From positions 2,381 to 66,380 of the IMG/VR virus record IMGVR_UViG_3300020200_001050: a DNA stretch of 64,000 bases. The stretch is one strand, 5' to 3'. A model generated the notes under the pieces. The model had not been told where the DNA came from. It ran no database searches and saw only the letters and a program-made list of their open reading frames with translations. A program made the translations under genes and the position numbers. Below, piece after piece: positions 17,122 through 26,724 of the stretch. The DNA is from a virus. Position 1 is the first letter of the stretch. Each line of letters starts with the position of its first letter.

Positions 17122-17919
17122 TTACCCTCCGTTCAAATACTTGGTGGTGAACCAAGGATACCAATCAATTTCAGGAAATTGTGGCGGAGCGGTATATTGA
17201 ATCATACTTCCTATACCATTGATCCCATTTCCCGGCGTTGCCCATTTGGCTTTGAAGTGTGACTGAGATTGTTGCAGGGCAGTATTCCGATGTTGCAGTT
17301 TTCCCTCAGTTTCTTCGTGTTGATTGACATAAGTTGAATCGCAGGCTTTTGCATGCACATCTGTTGGAATCAGCCGCGCTATTCCAATATCGTTATGTGT
17401 AAATCCCCAATCATGACTATCAATGATAGAAAGGCGATCGCGATCATTGAGCAACCATACCCGCTTGAGAAAATCTGCATCGCCACAGTAACACCCTAGA
17501 TATCGTTCATCAAACCAGCCCGTGCGTTGAAGAATCGTCTTGGTCAGATAAAAGAACTGATCTCCTGCAGGACCCCAAATAAAATCATACTTAGATTGTT
17601 GCTCTTCTATGAGCGCACGAAACGCAGAAGGATTTGTAATACAGGTATCATCTTGAATACAAATCAACCGATCTTCTGTTTTAAAATCCTTGAGAAAGAT
17701 GTTATTCCATGATCGAGCGCAATATGAGTTAGATTCAGAATCGGAGAGTGTGTTGTAAAAAATATGAAGTCGACCGTCTTTCCATAAGAGATGATTGTCT
17801 TCGGACAATTCAATCTTCGGATGATTTGAAAAGATGTGGATTTCAGCCCAATCCTTAAACGCATTAATTTGACGATTGAGGGCCCGAGGACGATTGAATG
17901 TCAAAATCCAGACATGCAT
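17122..17919 (-). CDS. GT-A glycosyltransferase (GT2-like)
   Basis: ILTFNR, ARSWN, IQDD, GWFDERY...D.DF. Confidence 0.75.
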   Translation of the reverse strand: MHVWILTFNRPRALNRQINAFKDWAEIHIFSNHPKIELSEDNHLLWKDGRLHIFYNTLSDSESNSYCARSWNNIFLKDFKTEDRLICIQDDTCITNPSAFRALIEEQQSKYDFIWGPAGDQFFYLTKTILQRTGWFDERYLGCYCGDADFLKRVWLLNDRDRLSIIDSHDWGFTHNDIGIARLIPTDVHAKACDSTYVNQHEETEGKLQHRNTALQQSQSHFKAKWATPGNGINGIGSMIQYTAPPQFPEIDWYPWFTTKYLNGG

Positions 17920-17930
17920 TACGACTCCAT

Positions 17931-19304
17931 TTATTTGTGGTGCTGAAGAAATACCTGTAAATCTTCAGGCGTACCCAGCCCCCACATTTCTTGAACCGAT
18001 TTCACCCGCACACGCTTCCCCGCTTCAATGGCTTGATTGAACACGGGGCACACATAAAACTCATTATTAAAGCGAATGTTTTTCTCAATCATCTGTTCGG
18101 CGCATGTCACATAATCAGACCCTTTGCGCCAGTAGTAAATTCCTACGGTGGCAATATTAGAAATGGGCCGTTTTTCCGCCACTTCTTTGACGAATCCGTG
18201 ATCATCTAATGCCGCATAGGACCACTTCGGATGCGTAGCCGTGAATGTGAGAATGCCGCCGTCCACGCCATCCGCCGTAAACGCATACAAACATTCATTG
18301 GAATTCCACTTGACATATTGATCGGAATTGGCAATCACCAAAGGATTATCAGTATTGATAAACTCTTTGGCTAAGAGCGTGGTACAAGCTGCACCTTGCG
18401 TTATACCGTCAACTTGTACAATCGTCACTTTATCCGATAACAGATTTAGCAGATACTTCAGATTGTATTTTTCATAGTGTTCTTTCTGCACTAAGAAAAT
18501 ATAGTTGGCATCAATGTTCAGATTTTCTACTACGAGCTGAATCATAGGTTTGCCGTTCACTTCAATGAGTGGCTTGGGAAATGTATATCCCGCCGCCGCA
18601 AATCGTGATCCTGCTCCTGCCATAGGAATCAAGACATTCATTTTCTTGTCTCGCCATGGCACAGGCTTCGTGCGATCTTGCCCCTCAAATTCATCAATCC
18701 ATGCCATGAACTGATTCTCTTGTAAATCTGCGACATTCTCAACAGGATATAAATGAGCCCCAGAATCAAGCGCACCCTGTCGTCCAATATGACTATCTTC
18801 AATAATTACCGTGTGCTTGGGCAACGCTCCCGTCTCTGTCATACATCGCCAGTACATTTCTGGAAAGGGCTTGGGGCGCGTAACTTCTTCATTACTGACA
18901 ATATAATCTACATGCGGCAAAAGTTGAATGGCATCTAATGCGGTAACAATAGTTTTTTGAATAGCATTACTTGCTACAGCAATTTTCCATCCCCTCTGGC
19001 GCAATGCTTCTGCGATATTAATTGCGGTTTTATTAATTCCCAGTTGTGCTAGTAATTGTATCGTGAATTCTTGTTTTGATTTCCATATGACATCAAATAA
19101 TTCACGGGACAATCCTCGCGTCTCTGCTAAAATTTCTAGTTTCTTTGTTGTGGGCAGCCCATCAAAAACACTCAAATGATCTTCCCGACTAATCACATAC
19201 TTTTGATCAAAGACACCCAGAGCATGATTGAGGGCTTCAAAGTGCGCGTCGCGAGAATCTATAAGCACTCCATCAAGATCAAAAATGAGCAGTTTTTGCG
19301 GCAT
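17931..19304 (-). CDS. HAD phosphatase fused to sugar-phosphate nucleotidyltransferase
   Basis: FDLDGVL, KPFP, IEDS (HAD), then LIPMAGAGSRF...PKPLI, NSDQ, EKRPIS, GTPED; start re-assigned. Confidence 0.88.
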   Translation of the reverse strand: MPQKLLIFDLDGVLIDSRDAHFEALNHALGVFDQKYVISREDHLSVFDGLPTTKKLEILAETRGLSRELFDVIWKSKQEFTIQLLAQLGINKTAINIAEALRQRGWKIAVASNAIQKTIVTALDAIQLLPHVDYIVSNEEVTRPKPFPEMYWRCMTETGALPKHTVIIEDSHIGRQGALDSGAHLYPVENVADLQENQFMAWIDEFEGQDRTKPVPWRDKKMNVLIPMAGAGSRFAAAGYTFPKPLIEVNGKPMIQLVVENLNIDANYIFLVQKEHYEKYNLKYLLNLLSDKVTIVQVDGITQGAACTTLLAKEFINTDNPLVIANSDQYVKWNSNECLYAFTADGVDGGILTFTATHPKWSYAALDDHGFVKEVAEKRPISNIATVGIYYWRKGSDYVTCAEQMIEKNIRFNNEFYVCPVFNQAIEAGKRVRVKSVQEMWGLGTPEDLQVFLQHHK

Positions 19305-19917
19305 CGCGATGTACCTTATTGTGGCGGACAATAGCATGTCCATTACAGACAATTTTACATTTGTTGCGAACTCTGAGGGACCACTCAATATCTTCAGCTG
19401 ATCCCCATAGCATTGACTCATTGAGAGGATATGTCAGCGCGATATTCTTTTTGAGTAAATAATAGCCTCCCGAAATATACATGTACTTCGTCAAACCCCA
19501 TTCAGCATAGTCAACAGGAGTGTATCGTGGAATCGTGGGATGATCCCACATCACCCAATCTGTGAAATGTCGCGCGCCCGTGATCAGTTGTTGCTGATTG
19601 GAACAAATGTCCCAGTCACTACCAAAAAGCAGGAATTCATTATACCACTCATTATCAAACACATAATAATCATGCATCAGAACAATAATATCATATATTG
19701 CTTGTTGACAGAGAATATTCTTTTTTCGTGTAATCCATCCGGGCTTGAGAGATTCATCAAATGAAATACACCGCACATCACCATTGCGCCCGTTTCTTCC
19801 AGGACCAATAATGAGAATTTCATAATACGGAATATGAAGTCTACGAATAGATTCAACAATCTTATCTAAACGTCCATCATCCGCATAATCAGTGGTGATG
19901 GCAAAAGTCATGTTCAT
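19279..19917 (-). CDS. GT-A glycosyltransferase-like protein
   Basis: YEILII, WITRKKN, LMHDY, EDIEWS. Confidence 0.72.
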   Translation of the reverse strand: MNMTFAITTDYADDGRLDKIVESIRRLHIPYYEILIIGPGRNGRNGDVRCISFDESLKPGWITRKKNILCQQAIYDIIVLMHDYYVFDNEWYNEFLLFGSDWDICSNQQQLITGARHFTDWVMWDHPTIPRYTPVDYAEWGLTKYMYISGGYYLLKKNIALTYPLNESMLWGSAEDIEWSLRVRNKCKIVCNGHAIVRHNKVHRDAAKTAHF

Positions 19918-19920
19918 AGA

Positions 19921-20106
19921 TTAATAACATGTGCTGAGTGAAGGTTTGGGATGACCCAGAGCCTTTGCCATTTCAGCTTCGTTTCGATCATGCCGATTCG
20001 TTGTTTTTTGATTTTCTTTAAATTGTCTAATTTTGCCACCGCAACTAAGATACTCATTCACAATCTCATTAAGTTCGGCTCTTGTCATTTCTTTTTCACT
20101 TTTCAT
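19921..20106 (-). CDS. Small hypothetical protein
   Basis: ATGA-coupled ORF; EYLSCGGKI motif. Confidence 0.6.
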   Translation of the reverse strand: MKSEKEMTRAELNEIVNEYLSCGGKIRQFKENQKTTNRHDRNEAEMAKALGHPKPSLSTCY

Positions 20107-20966
20107 TGATATGTCTCCTCAATTAATGTTTTCCATTCGGGGACTCGATCATACTGATGAACCAAATAAAAGGGTGTACCATGTTCAGTGCAAATCATTC
20201 CATCTTGAAGAATTGGTTGCCCCTCCAGAAGATGCGACTGAAACTCTAGAAGTTTATTGGGGTCTTTCGTCGTGCCTAATTGTGCAGCCCACGCATCATT
20301 TGCTACCGTAAATCGAGTGATATCTCGATACGCAGCGGTATGAATTAGAATGTTGACAGCCGCTTGATCTGGACCACCCCCACCAGGCACATGCATCGGT
20401 GCACCCAGACAAGAGAGATAAACACTCAAAAAGAAGTCTAAAATATATGAAAATCGTCCAGAGAGTGTTCCCGCATTGTAGATGTAATTGTCTTTGTGAC
20501 AATCATAGAGTAAAGAACCAAATGATCTATACAGATTGTTTCGCCCCCATGGTTCATCGCGATAGCGAATGGATTCACATGCAACGTTAATCTTATATGG
20601 ATCAATAAGATTCTGTTCTAACCATTCAGAAGGATTGCGCTGAAACACGACATCCTTCACATCCGTGGCAATCACATAACGATAATCTGTTTTGTTTTCG
20701 AGCTTATTGAGAAAATACCACATGTGCAAGAATCGCTCTCGCACAACATTGAAATCACCGTTATATGTTAAATCTTTGGTGTCTGGGTTTTGATGGAATG
20801 CCAGAATCATGTAGCCACGCTCAGACAATTCCTTCACAACATCCAGTTTAATATTGTAACACAGTAACGCTTTCGCGCCAGTGAATCCACAGCGATCTAG
20901 CGAATTGACCCACGTTTTGATTTGTGGGAAAGAATAATCTGTGATAGCACCAATCACAAGATCCAT
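20103..20966 (-). CDS. GT-A-fold glycosyltransferase-like protein
   Basis: TDVKDVVFQRNP, NAG, DQAAVN, VHQYDR. Confidence 0.7.
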   Translation of the reverse strand: MDLVIGAITDYSFPQIKTWVNSLDRCGFTGAKALLCYNIKLDVVKELSERGYMILAFHQNPDTKDLTYNGDFNVVRERFLHMWYFLNKLENKTDYRYVIATDVKDVVFQRNPSEWLEQNLIDPYKINVACESIRYRDEPWGRNNLYRSFGSLLYDCHKDNYIYNAGTLSGRFSYILDFFLSVYLSCLGAPMHVPGGGGPDQAAVNILIHTAAYRDITRFTVANDAWAAQLGTTKDPNKLLEFQSHLLEGQPILQDGMICTEHGTPFYLVHQYDRVPEWKTLIEETYQ

Positions 20967-21006
20967 AATAACCTCATTATCTTCTATGAATATTTAGTTA
21001 AACTTT

Positions 21007-21279
21007 CTACGCTCTAGTGAGTGTTAGAATCTTTTTAATTTGATCCTCTAACAATGCCTTTCTATTCGGCCAATAGATATAGGCTTTGTCTGATGTTTTT
21101 AACATCTTGACCAAGAACGGCATCACCATCTTTTCGACTTGTTGAAGACGTTCCTTGAGTTCCTCTACAGTGTCAGCTGAATCTGAAATTGCTTTATTAT
21201 ATTCTTCCTCAGATACAGCTGAAAATCCAAATGCGTCATCGTCGTATTCTTTGATAATTTGTGATAAATCTATTGCCAT
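21007..21279 (-). CDS. Conserved T4-like hypothetical protein
   Basis: FGFSAVSEEE...PFL..L...YIYWPNR. Confidence 0.7.
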   Translation of the reverse strand: MAIDLSQIIKEYDDDAFGFSAVSEEEYNKAISDSADTVEELKERLQQVEKMVMPFLVKMLKTSDKAYIYWPNRKALLEDQIKKILTLTRA

Positions 21280-21316
21280 GAAAAACCTCTTTCAGTTTTG
21301 ATTTCTTCTGTGAGTT

Positions 21317-22543
21317 TCATTTATCCCAATTTTTCGTCGTTTGAAAATTTGCTCTCGAAAATTCAAGACGATCTACCAATTTAACAGCATTTCCCTTTTT
21401 TAAATTCACTGCTACAAATCCCTCTGGTGTAGTTGCTTTGAAGCCGTTATCTGTGCGTAAAAACGTTCCCAAACTTTTTATTTCTTGAATCTTTCTGAGT
21501 ATAAGCAATTTTGCCTCAACTAGCGAATTCATCAATTGAATTATTGCTACTAATGAAGCATAGTTGGCGCGCAAAAAACTGATCGACTGTGTTTTTTCTT
21601 TCGTCCGATTAGTTTTAGTGTCAGCCTTTTTCGCACCCAAAACAGTTTGATTTAATTCAGTTTCATATGTTCGAATAAATTGATTGACAAACAGAGGTGG
21701 TTTCTCAATGCTCTGCCCCAAACGAATTTGCGAATTCTGAAACTTCTTTAGCGCAGCAACGATCTTTTGTTGAACAAGCAATTGCCCCATAAATCGTGGA
21801 GGAATTGTGTGTAACAAACGTCCCGCACCACTCAACACATCGGTAATCTCATTGGTTTCCTGTTGAGTGAAGTTTGCGCTTCCTGTTGCATCCACAAAAG
21901 AAGCATCGCGAAACCAGACAGACTTGGTTTGCTTCAGATTTGAAATATCAACATTGAAAGAGGCTTGCATATCACTAATCGTTTTTCCCTGATAGGACGT
22001 ATGAAAGATAATTCCCAGTTCAGCATCGCGCATTCGTGTCACTAATGAGGAATTAGCAGGAACCGCATATACAATTGTGTTCGGTTGAAATGTGAAATAT
22101 TTCACACCCTCAATCGTTTCAGGCTTCAGGTCCCCTTTGGTAAAAAGTAAATCACCTTGAAGAATGCCTTTAATCCCAAGTCCTGAAAGATGTCGTAGCG
22201 CAACTTTTAACTTGTCATTTAACCCAGGATTTGGGTGATTGGCATCAATATCCGCATCTGTAAAGTTGAGCTTGGATGCTTTTGCAAAGACTGACTTGGT
22301 CCCCACAAAGAACTTCTTGGTTTCTGGATCAATGCCGCAGATAATCGCCGGTGCACCATCCCACTTCGTTGTGATGTTCACCTGACGATCTGCATCACCG
22401 GAGAGCATATCGCGCAGAGAACGAAGAAAATTAATCGCCTCACGCGCACCAGCGATGCCACGATTAAGAACTTCGTCCTCAATATGCTCAAGGTGAACAT
22501 TCTTACCCTCTTTGCCCTCGGTTAAAAATTCTGTAAAGTTCAT
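21317..22543 (-). CDS. DUF6267-like protein with covalent nucleotidyltransferase (ligase-type) motifs
   Basis: HLEHIED, TTKWDGAP, LQGDLLF, PEGFVA, VKLVDRLEFS; N-terminus MNFTEFLTE. Confidence 0.7.
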   Translation of the reverse strand: MNFTEFLTEGKEGKNVHLEHIEDEVLNRGIAGAREAINFLRSLRDMLSGDADRQVNITTKWDGAPAIICGIDPETKKFFVGTKSVFAKASKLNFTDADIDANHPNPGLNDKLKVALRHLSGLGIKGILQGDLLFTKGDLKPETIEGVKYFTFQPNTIVYAVPANSSLVTRMRDAELGIIFHTSYQGKTISDMQASFNVDISNLKQTKSVWFRDASFVDATGSANFTQQETNEITDVLSGAGRLLHTIPPRFMGQLLVQQKIVAALKKFQNSQIRLGQSIEKPPLFVNQFIRTYETELNQTVLGAKKADTKTNRTKEKTQSISFLRANYASLVAIIQLMNSLVEAKLLILRKIQEIKSLGTFLRTDNGFKATTPEGFVAVNLKKGNAVKLVDRLEFSRANFQTTKNWDK

Positions 22544-22578
22544 TGTTGCCCGCCCATACCTCTATAAATTTCTTAGAA

Positions 22579-22586
22579 TATTTATA
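22579..22586 (-). promoter_or_regulatory. T4-type late promoter TATAAATA
   Basis: Exact consensus overlapping the methyltransferase stop codon. Confidence 0.7.
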
Positions 22587-23850
22587 CTGTTAAAAATGCC
22601 TCTAGGGTACTCTTTTTGTTGAATTCATAGTCAGAACTAGACTTACGAAAGACCCACACCGGCTCAATGAACACCTTTTCCAGTTTTTCTGCGTCAGGTC
22701 TTGCCACCATACGCATACCAATCTTCCCAATATAATTGGATTCTGGTAATGCAGCAAAATGGTCTACCATGTCATCACACAGATTCAATCTCCCACCACT
22801 CTTTGCTTTCGGTTCAATAATATTGATCATCATAAACCCATTTTGTCGAATTGTCGTCCATACCATCTCTGTCACTTTAAAGAAAAAATCATACTTCCAA
22901 CGGTCAAATGAGTTATATCTTGACCAAGATTGGTCAGATACCGCATCAGTATCAGACGCATACCGTTCCGTTTCAAAATACGGTGGTGATGTGAAATACA
23001 AATCAAATGTATCTGTGTACAACGACCAATTTACATCTTCTGAGGGTTTACGCCAAATCTTGACTGTCTTTTTCCCATGACATTCAAAATAATTTTCTTG
23101 CTCAATGAGTTGTGGGGTGTCACCAATAATTTTTTCATATTCTACACATTGTTTTTTGTAGACTTCAAACACATCTGGGTTTGGATCACACCCCACATAT
23201 AGTTTGGTTTTTGGTGTGCCATAAAACCCAGCCAGCCGATCCCCCCAACCACAAGAGGTATCTAAGATGTTTTCTGCACGATGACGTTCATACAATGCTT
23301 TGGCAACTGATGGTTTGAACTGTGTTGCAGTATATGCGCCAATTCTGAATGCTTCTCGAAATACGGCATCATCAATACCACTATCTTCCATAACACCAGC
23401 TCTCCAAAAGTGCCAATTCATCTTTGCTAACTTGTCTTCATTAGACCATATTTCCATCGGTGATTCTTCATAAATTGAACCGCACTTCATACGATTTATT
23501 TGTTGAAAATAATCGGAAATATCATTGTAATAATGTGACCTATCAATTACACCTAATGGTGTATCTTTATATTTGTAGTCATATCGTTCCGATACAACAT
23601 CAAAGTCTTTGTATAACGTTTCCATCGATGTGTTATAGAACTCATAAAACAACTCACACATATCTTGTTTGGGAATTATTTTCAATGGAAACTCGGTGCC
23701 CACTTTTATTATAAAAGAAGCTAAAGAATCTCTGATGTCATCTTTCTCATACTTACTAATCAGCGCATTCCATTCTTCTTTTGTTAGATTAGGAATTTTT
23801 CTTTGATCTTGATGCTGACCAAAATAATCTACTATCTCACTTAATATCAT
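22582..23850 (-). CDS. DNA amino-methyltransferase (m4C/m6A type)
   Basis: ILDTSCGWGDRL (SAM binding) and FTSPPY (catalytic motif IV). Confidence 0.85.
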   Translation of the reverse strand: MILSEIVDYFGQHQDQRKIPNLTKEEWNALISKYEKDDIRDSLASFIIKVGTEFPLKIIPKQDMCELFYEFYNTSMETLYKDFDVVSERYDYKYKDTPLGVIDRSHYYNDISDYFQQINRMKCGSIYEESPMEIWSNEDKLAKMNWHFWRAGVMEDSGIDDAVFREAFRIGAYTATQFKPSVAKALYERHRAENILDTSCGWGDRLAGFYGTPKTKLYVGCDPNPDVFEVYKKQCVEYEKIIGDTPQLIEQENYFECHGKKTVKIWRKPSEDVNWSLYTDTFDLYFTSPPYFETERYASDTDAVSDQSWSRYNSFDRWKYDFFFKVTEMVWTTIRQNGFMMINIIEPKAKSGGRLNLCDDMVDHFAALPESNYIGKIGMRMVARPDAEKLEKVFIEPVWVFRKSSSDYEFNKKSTLEAFLTV

Positions 23851-23892
23851 CTTTGCACACCAACGACCTTATTCTTTGTGCGCATGTTTAGT

Positions 23893-24468
23893 TTAAACAT
23901 AATGCAGATAAGTGCCAATAATATACTTGGTCTCACTAATGGGTTTGGTCCCCGCATGAGGGAACATCCAGAGCGGTGGAAACATCAATAAAGTACCTTG
24001 TAGGGGTTTAACAATTCTCGTTGATCCATCATGAGATAAATCAGGAAACACCGTTTCACCCCCCGCATCAACGGTATTCAAGTACCAAAAGCAGACCAAA
24101 AATCGTCGGGCGGATGAATGATCACCTACATCCACATGCAATTGAAATTCTTCACCGGTCTGAGGACGATAGCGTTTAAGACGAATCTGTTCAAATCCAT
24201 ATTGTTCTGGAAACTGTCGTAAATTAAGACTGAGATCCTTACAATACTGAGGAATCATATCTATTGTCTTATTCACCAATAAATCATGAATATCCTTCCA
24301 CGTTGGAACAACACTAATGTTAATCTCCGTGAATGACCGATGCCCCGCTAAGAACACCTGCTGTTGGTGTTCTGAATCACTCTCAAATCGCTCAATAATA
24401 CGAGCACAAACATCCGACTCCAGTGACTGCGAATACTCACACACAAAATCATTTAATGTTCTCATCAT
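23893..24468 (-). CDS. 2OG-Fe(II) oxygenase (prolyl-4-hydroxylase-like)
   Basis: FQLHVD, WYLN...GGET, FPP.W.FPH.G, KY. Confidence 0.88.
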   Translation of the reverse strand: MMRTLNDFVCEYSQSLESDVCARIIERFESDSEHQQQVFLAGHRSFTEINISVVPTWKDIHDLLVNKTIDMIPQYCKDLSLNLRQFPEQYGFEQIRLKRYRPQTGEEFQLHVDVGDHSSARRFLVCFWYLNTVDAGGETVFPDLSHDGSTRIVKPLQGTLLMFPPLWMFPHAGTKPISETKYIIGTYLHYV

Positions 24469-24478
24469 ATACTGATGC

Positions 24479-25342
24479 TCATTTCAGCCATTTAAATTCA
24501 TAGCGCATTTGAATCGCTATGTATTTCTGAATCAGCCCATTTTGGTCGAGCGGTATGTCCTGTTCATGTAACACAGACAGTTCGTAATTATTCCATCGCA
24601 GAGCGAGACCGATTATCCAGTCTAACTCAGTTGGGGTAAACATGTTGCTTTTTGTCCGATCAGTTAACCAGTTGGTGTCGAAAAAAATGATGACTTGGTT
24701 TTTATATAGATCAAGATCACCATGTGCAACATAGCGAAAAAGAGCTTGCCCAGTATTGTCGGGACGGGCAAAATGATTTTCATTATAAAACAACCAGCCG
24801 TTACCCATGTAAAAGGTTAAGTTCTGATTAGGAAATCGTTGTCGCCACCAATCATATTGATTACTTGGTGTGAAGTTAAAATTGACAAGTACGTCTGCGT
24901 AAGTCTGCTTGATGCCTTTCCTGTCCAATGGCACGTCTTGTTCATATTGTACTCGCCAATTCCATTGCCGAGCGGTTCCGGTGAAGGTGAAAATCTTAGT
25001 CCATTCGGAAAGCTCGATAAAACCATTCCCACGATCTGAGAAAAAGTTTTGATCTGTATAGAACTGCAGATAGTCGCCAATAAGATCGGTTTCTAGGTGA
25101 ATCATATACCGCATTCCTATCAGTCCGCTGTTGTCGGGACGTGAGGCAAAGGTTGGGTTGTATGGATACGTCGCAGTTAGTAGATAACCTTTCAACCAAG
25201 TGGCACTCTCGTCTAGTTGATCGTTTAGTGTAGGAAGTGGACGGCCGTGTTTTTCCATCGCCTCTAGAGGAGAGGGGCACAACAGCAGCAGAAAAATTAT
25301 TATCAGCGTTTTCAATAACGGCAAATATTTACTAATAATCAT
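24479..25342 (-). CDS. Exported beta-rich protein, probable outer-membrane beta-barrel with internal duplication
   Basis: Signal peptide; aromatic-rich amphipathic strands; two homologous halves; Y-x-F near the C-terminus. Confidence 0.6.
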   Translation of the reverse strand: MIISKYLPLLKTLIIIFLLLLCPSPLEAMEKHGRPLPTLNDQLDESATWLKGYLLTATYPYNPTFASRPDNSGLIGMRYMIHLETDLIGDYLQFYTDQNFFSDRGNGFIELSEWTKIFTFTGTARQWNWRVQYEQDVPLDRKGIKQTYADVLVNFNFTPSNQYDWWRQRFPNQNLTFYMGNGWLFYNENHFARPDNTGQALFRYVAHGDLDLYKNQVIIFFDTNWLTDRTKSNMFTPTELDWIIGLALRWNNYELSVLHEQDIPLDQNGLIQKYIAIQMRYEFKWLK

Positions 25343-26724
25343 TATACAATCAATGTCGAATATCGATTTGACTTTTTCTGATCTTCCTGCGCATCTTTAT
25401 TATCTTTTCCTGAATCACTTAACTGTTGTGCTGAGTGTTCCACATCATAGAGTTTCATTTTCGCACGATCTACTCCAACCACAAACCGTTTATTGATGGT
25501 GGGATCACCATATCGATTTTTCAACTGTTTGACCATCATTTGATTGAGTTGTTCTAATTCTTCTGTGACAATCAGGGCAAACATAAAATCGGCTGTGGCT
25601 GGCAATCCAAACGATTCACTGGTGTCTGTTAAATCTGGATCAGAATTTGCGAATCCGCTTCGTGTGGTTTGTGTTGCACTCATCAACGGAACGGCAAACT
25701 CCACTGCTAGTCCACGCAATTCTTCCGCGATACACTTGATGTAGGTATAGGAATTGATCGTGGCACCAGGCTTGACGCGAGATGAGGTGCAAATGTTGAT
25801 ATAGTCCACAAAAATAATATCAGGGCGAAAATTCTTTTTCAATTGTAGTTCATTGATCAACGCACGAAAATGGAGCACCGAGGCTGAGGCGGTTGGATAT
25901 TCTTTGATAATAAGCTTTCCGTGTGTTCGCGAGCGTAAGGATTGAAACTTGCGTTCATAATCTGCTTTGGAAATCTTCTTTAATGTATTCAAATCCAAAT
26001 TCAAAAGATTTGCGTCAATTCGTTCTGCAATACGTTCTTCTGCCATCTCTAGCGTGATATACAAGACATTGTATCCCGCCGAAAGACACGCAGAAGTCAT
26101 ATGACACATGACCAAACTTTTTCCAACATTGGTTCCACCCAACGCAACATTTAATGTCTTTTTTGGTAATCCACCTCCAGTAATTCGATTAAAGAAATCA
26201 AGATCAAATGGAATACGTTCCTCTTTCTTATGATAAAACTCATATCGTTGATCCGATTGTTCAATATAATCGTGCCCCACGTGTGGATCAAACGACACAC
26301 CCAGAGCTTTCTTGAGTAACTCAGGAATTTCACCCTTTGCGCGGCGATCTTTCTTGTTCTCAAGAATCGCGACTGATTCTAATACTGCGTTGTAAACTGC
26401 TTTGTCCTGACAGAACGATTCGGTTTGAGCAATCAACCAATCACGATTCGTCTCGTCTTGACGATGTTCGTGTAGGGTTGAGAGGAGATCCAAAATGTGT
26501 TGAAGCTCATCCTCTCTGAATTGCGTCTGCTCCGTAATGGAGATAATCAAAGCTTCATAAGTAGGTGTAGTTTTGTATTTCTCTAGAAAGTTCGCAATAA
26601 TCTGAAATAAAACCTTTTCAGACTTTTCAAGAAAATAGTCTTCTTTGAGAAACGGCAAAACTTTTCGCGAGTAAGATTCATCAAACGCTAAGTGGCGCAG
26701 AATAATGTGTTCGAGACGAGTCAT
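25342..26724 (-). CDS. gp41: Replicative DNA helicase
   Basis: GGTNVGKS Walker A, ITLEM, VDYI, ATQ, KQLKNRY; start placed after AAGGAG. Confidence 0.96.
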   Translation of the reverse strand: MTRLEHIILRHLAFDESYSRKVLPFLKEDYFLEKSEKVLFQIIANFLEKYKTTPTYEALIISITEQTQFREDELQHILDLLSTLHEHRQDETNRDWLIAQTESFCQDKAVYNAVLESVAILENKKDRRAKGEIPELLKKALGVSFDPHVGHDYIEQSDQRYEFYHKKEERIPFDLDFFNRITGGGLPKKTLNVALGGTNVGKSLVMCHMTSACLSAGYNVLYITLEMAEERIAERIDANLLNLDLNTLKKISKADYERKFQSLRSRTHGKLIIKEYPTASASVLHFRALINELQLKKNFRPDIIFVDYINICTSSRVKPGATINSYTYIKCIAEELRGLAVEFAVPLMSATQTTRSGFANSDPDLTDTSESFGLPATADFMFALIVTEELEQLNQMMVKQLKNRYGDPTINKRFVVGVDRAKMKLYDVEHSAQQLSDSGKDNKDAQEDQKKSNRYSTLIV

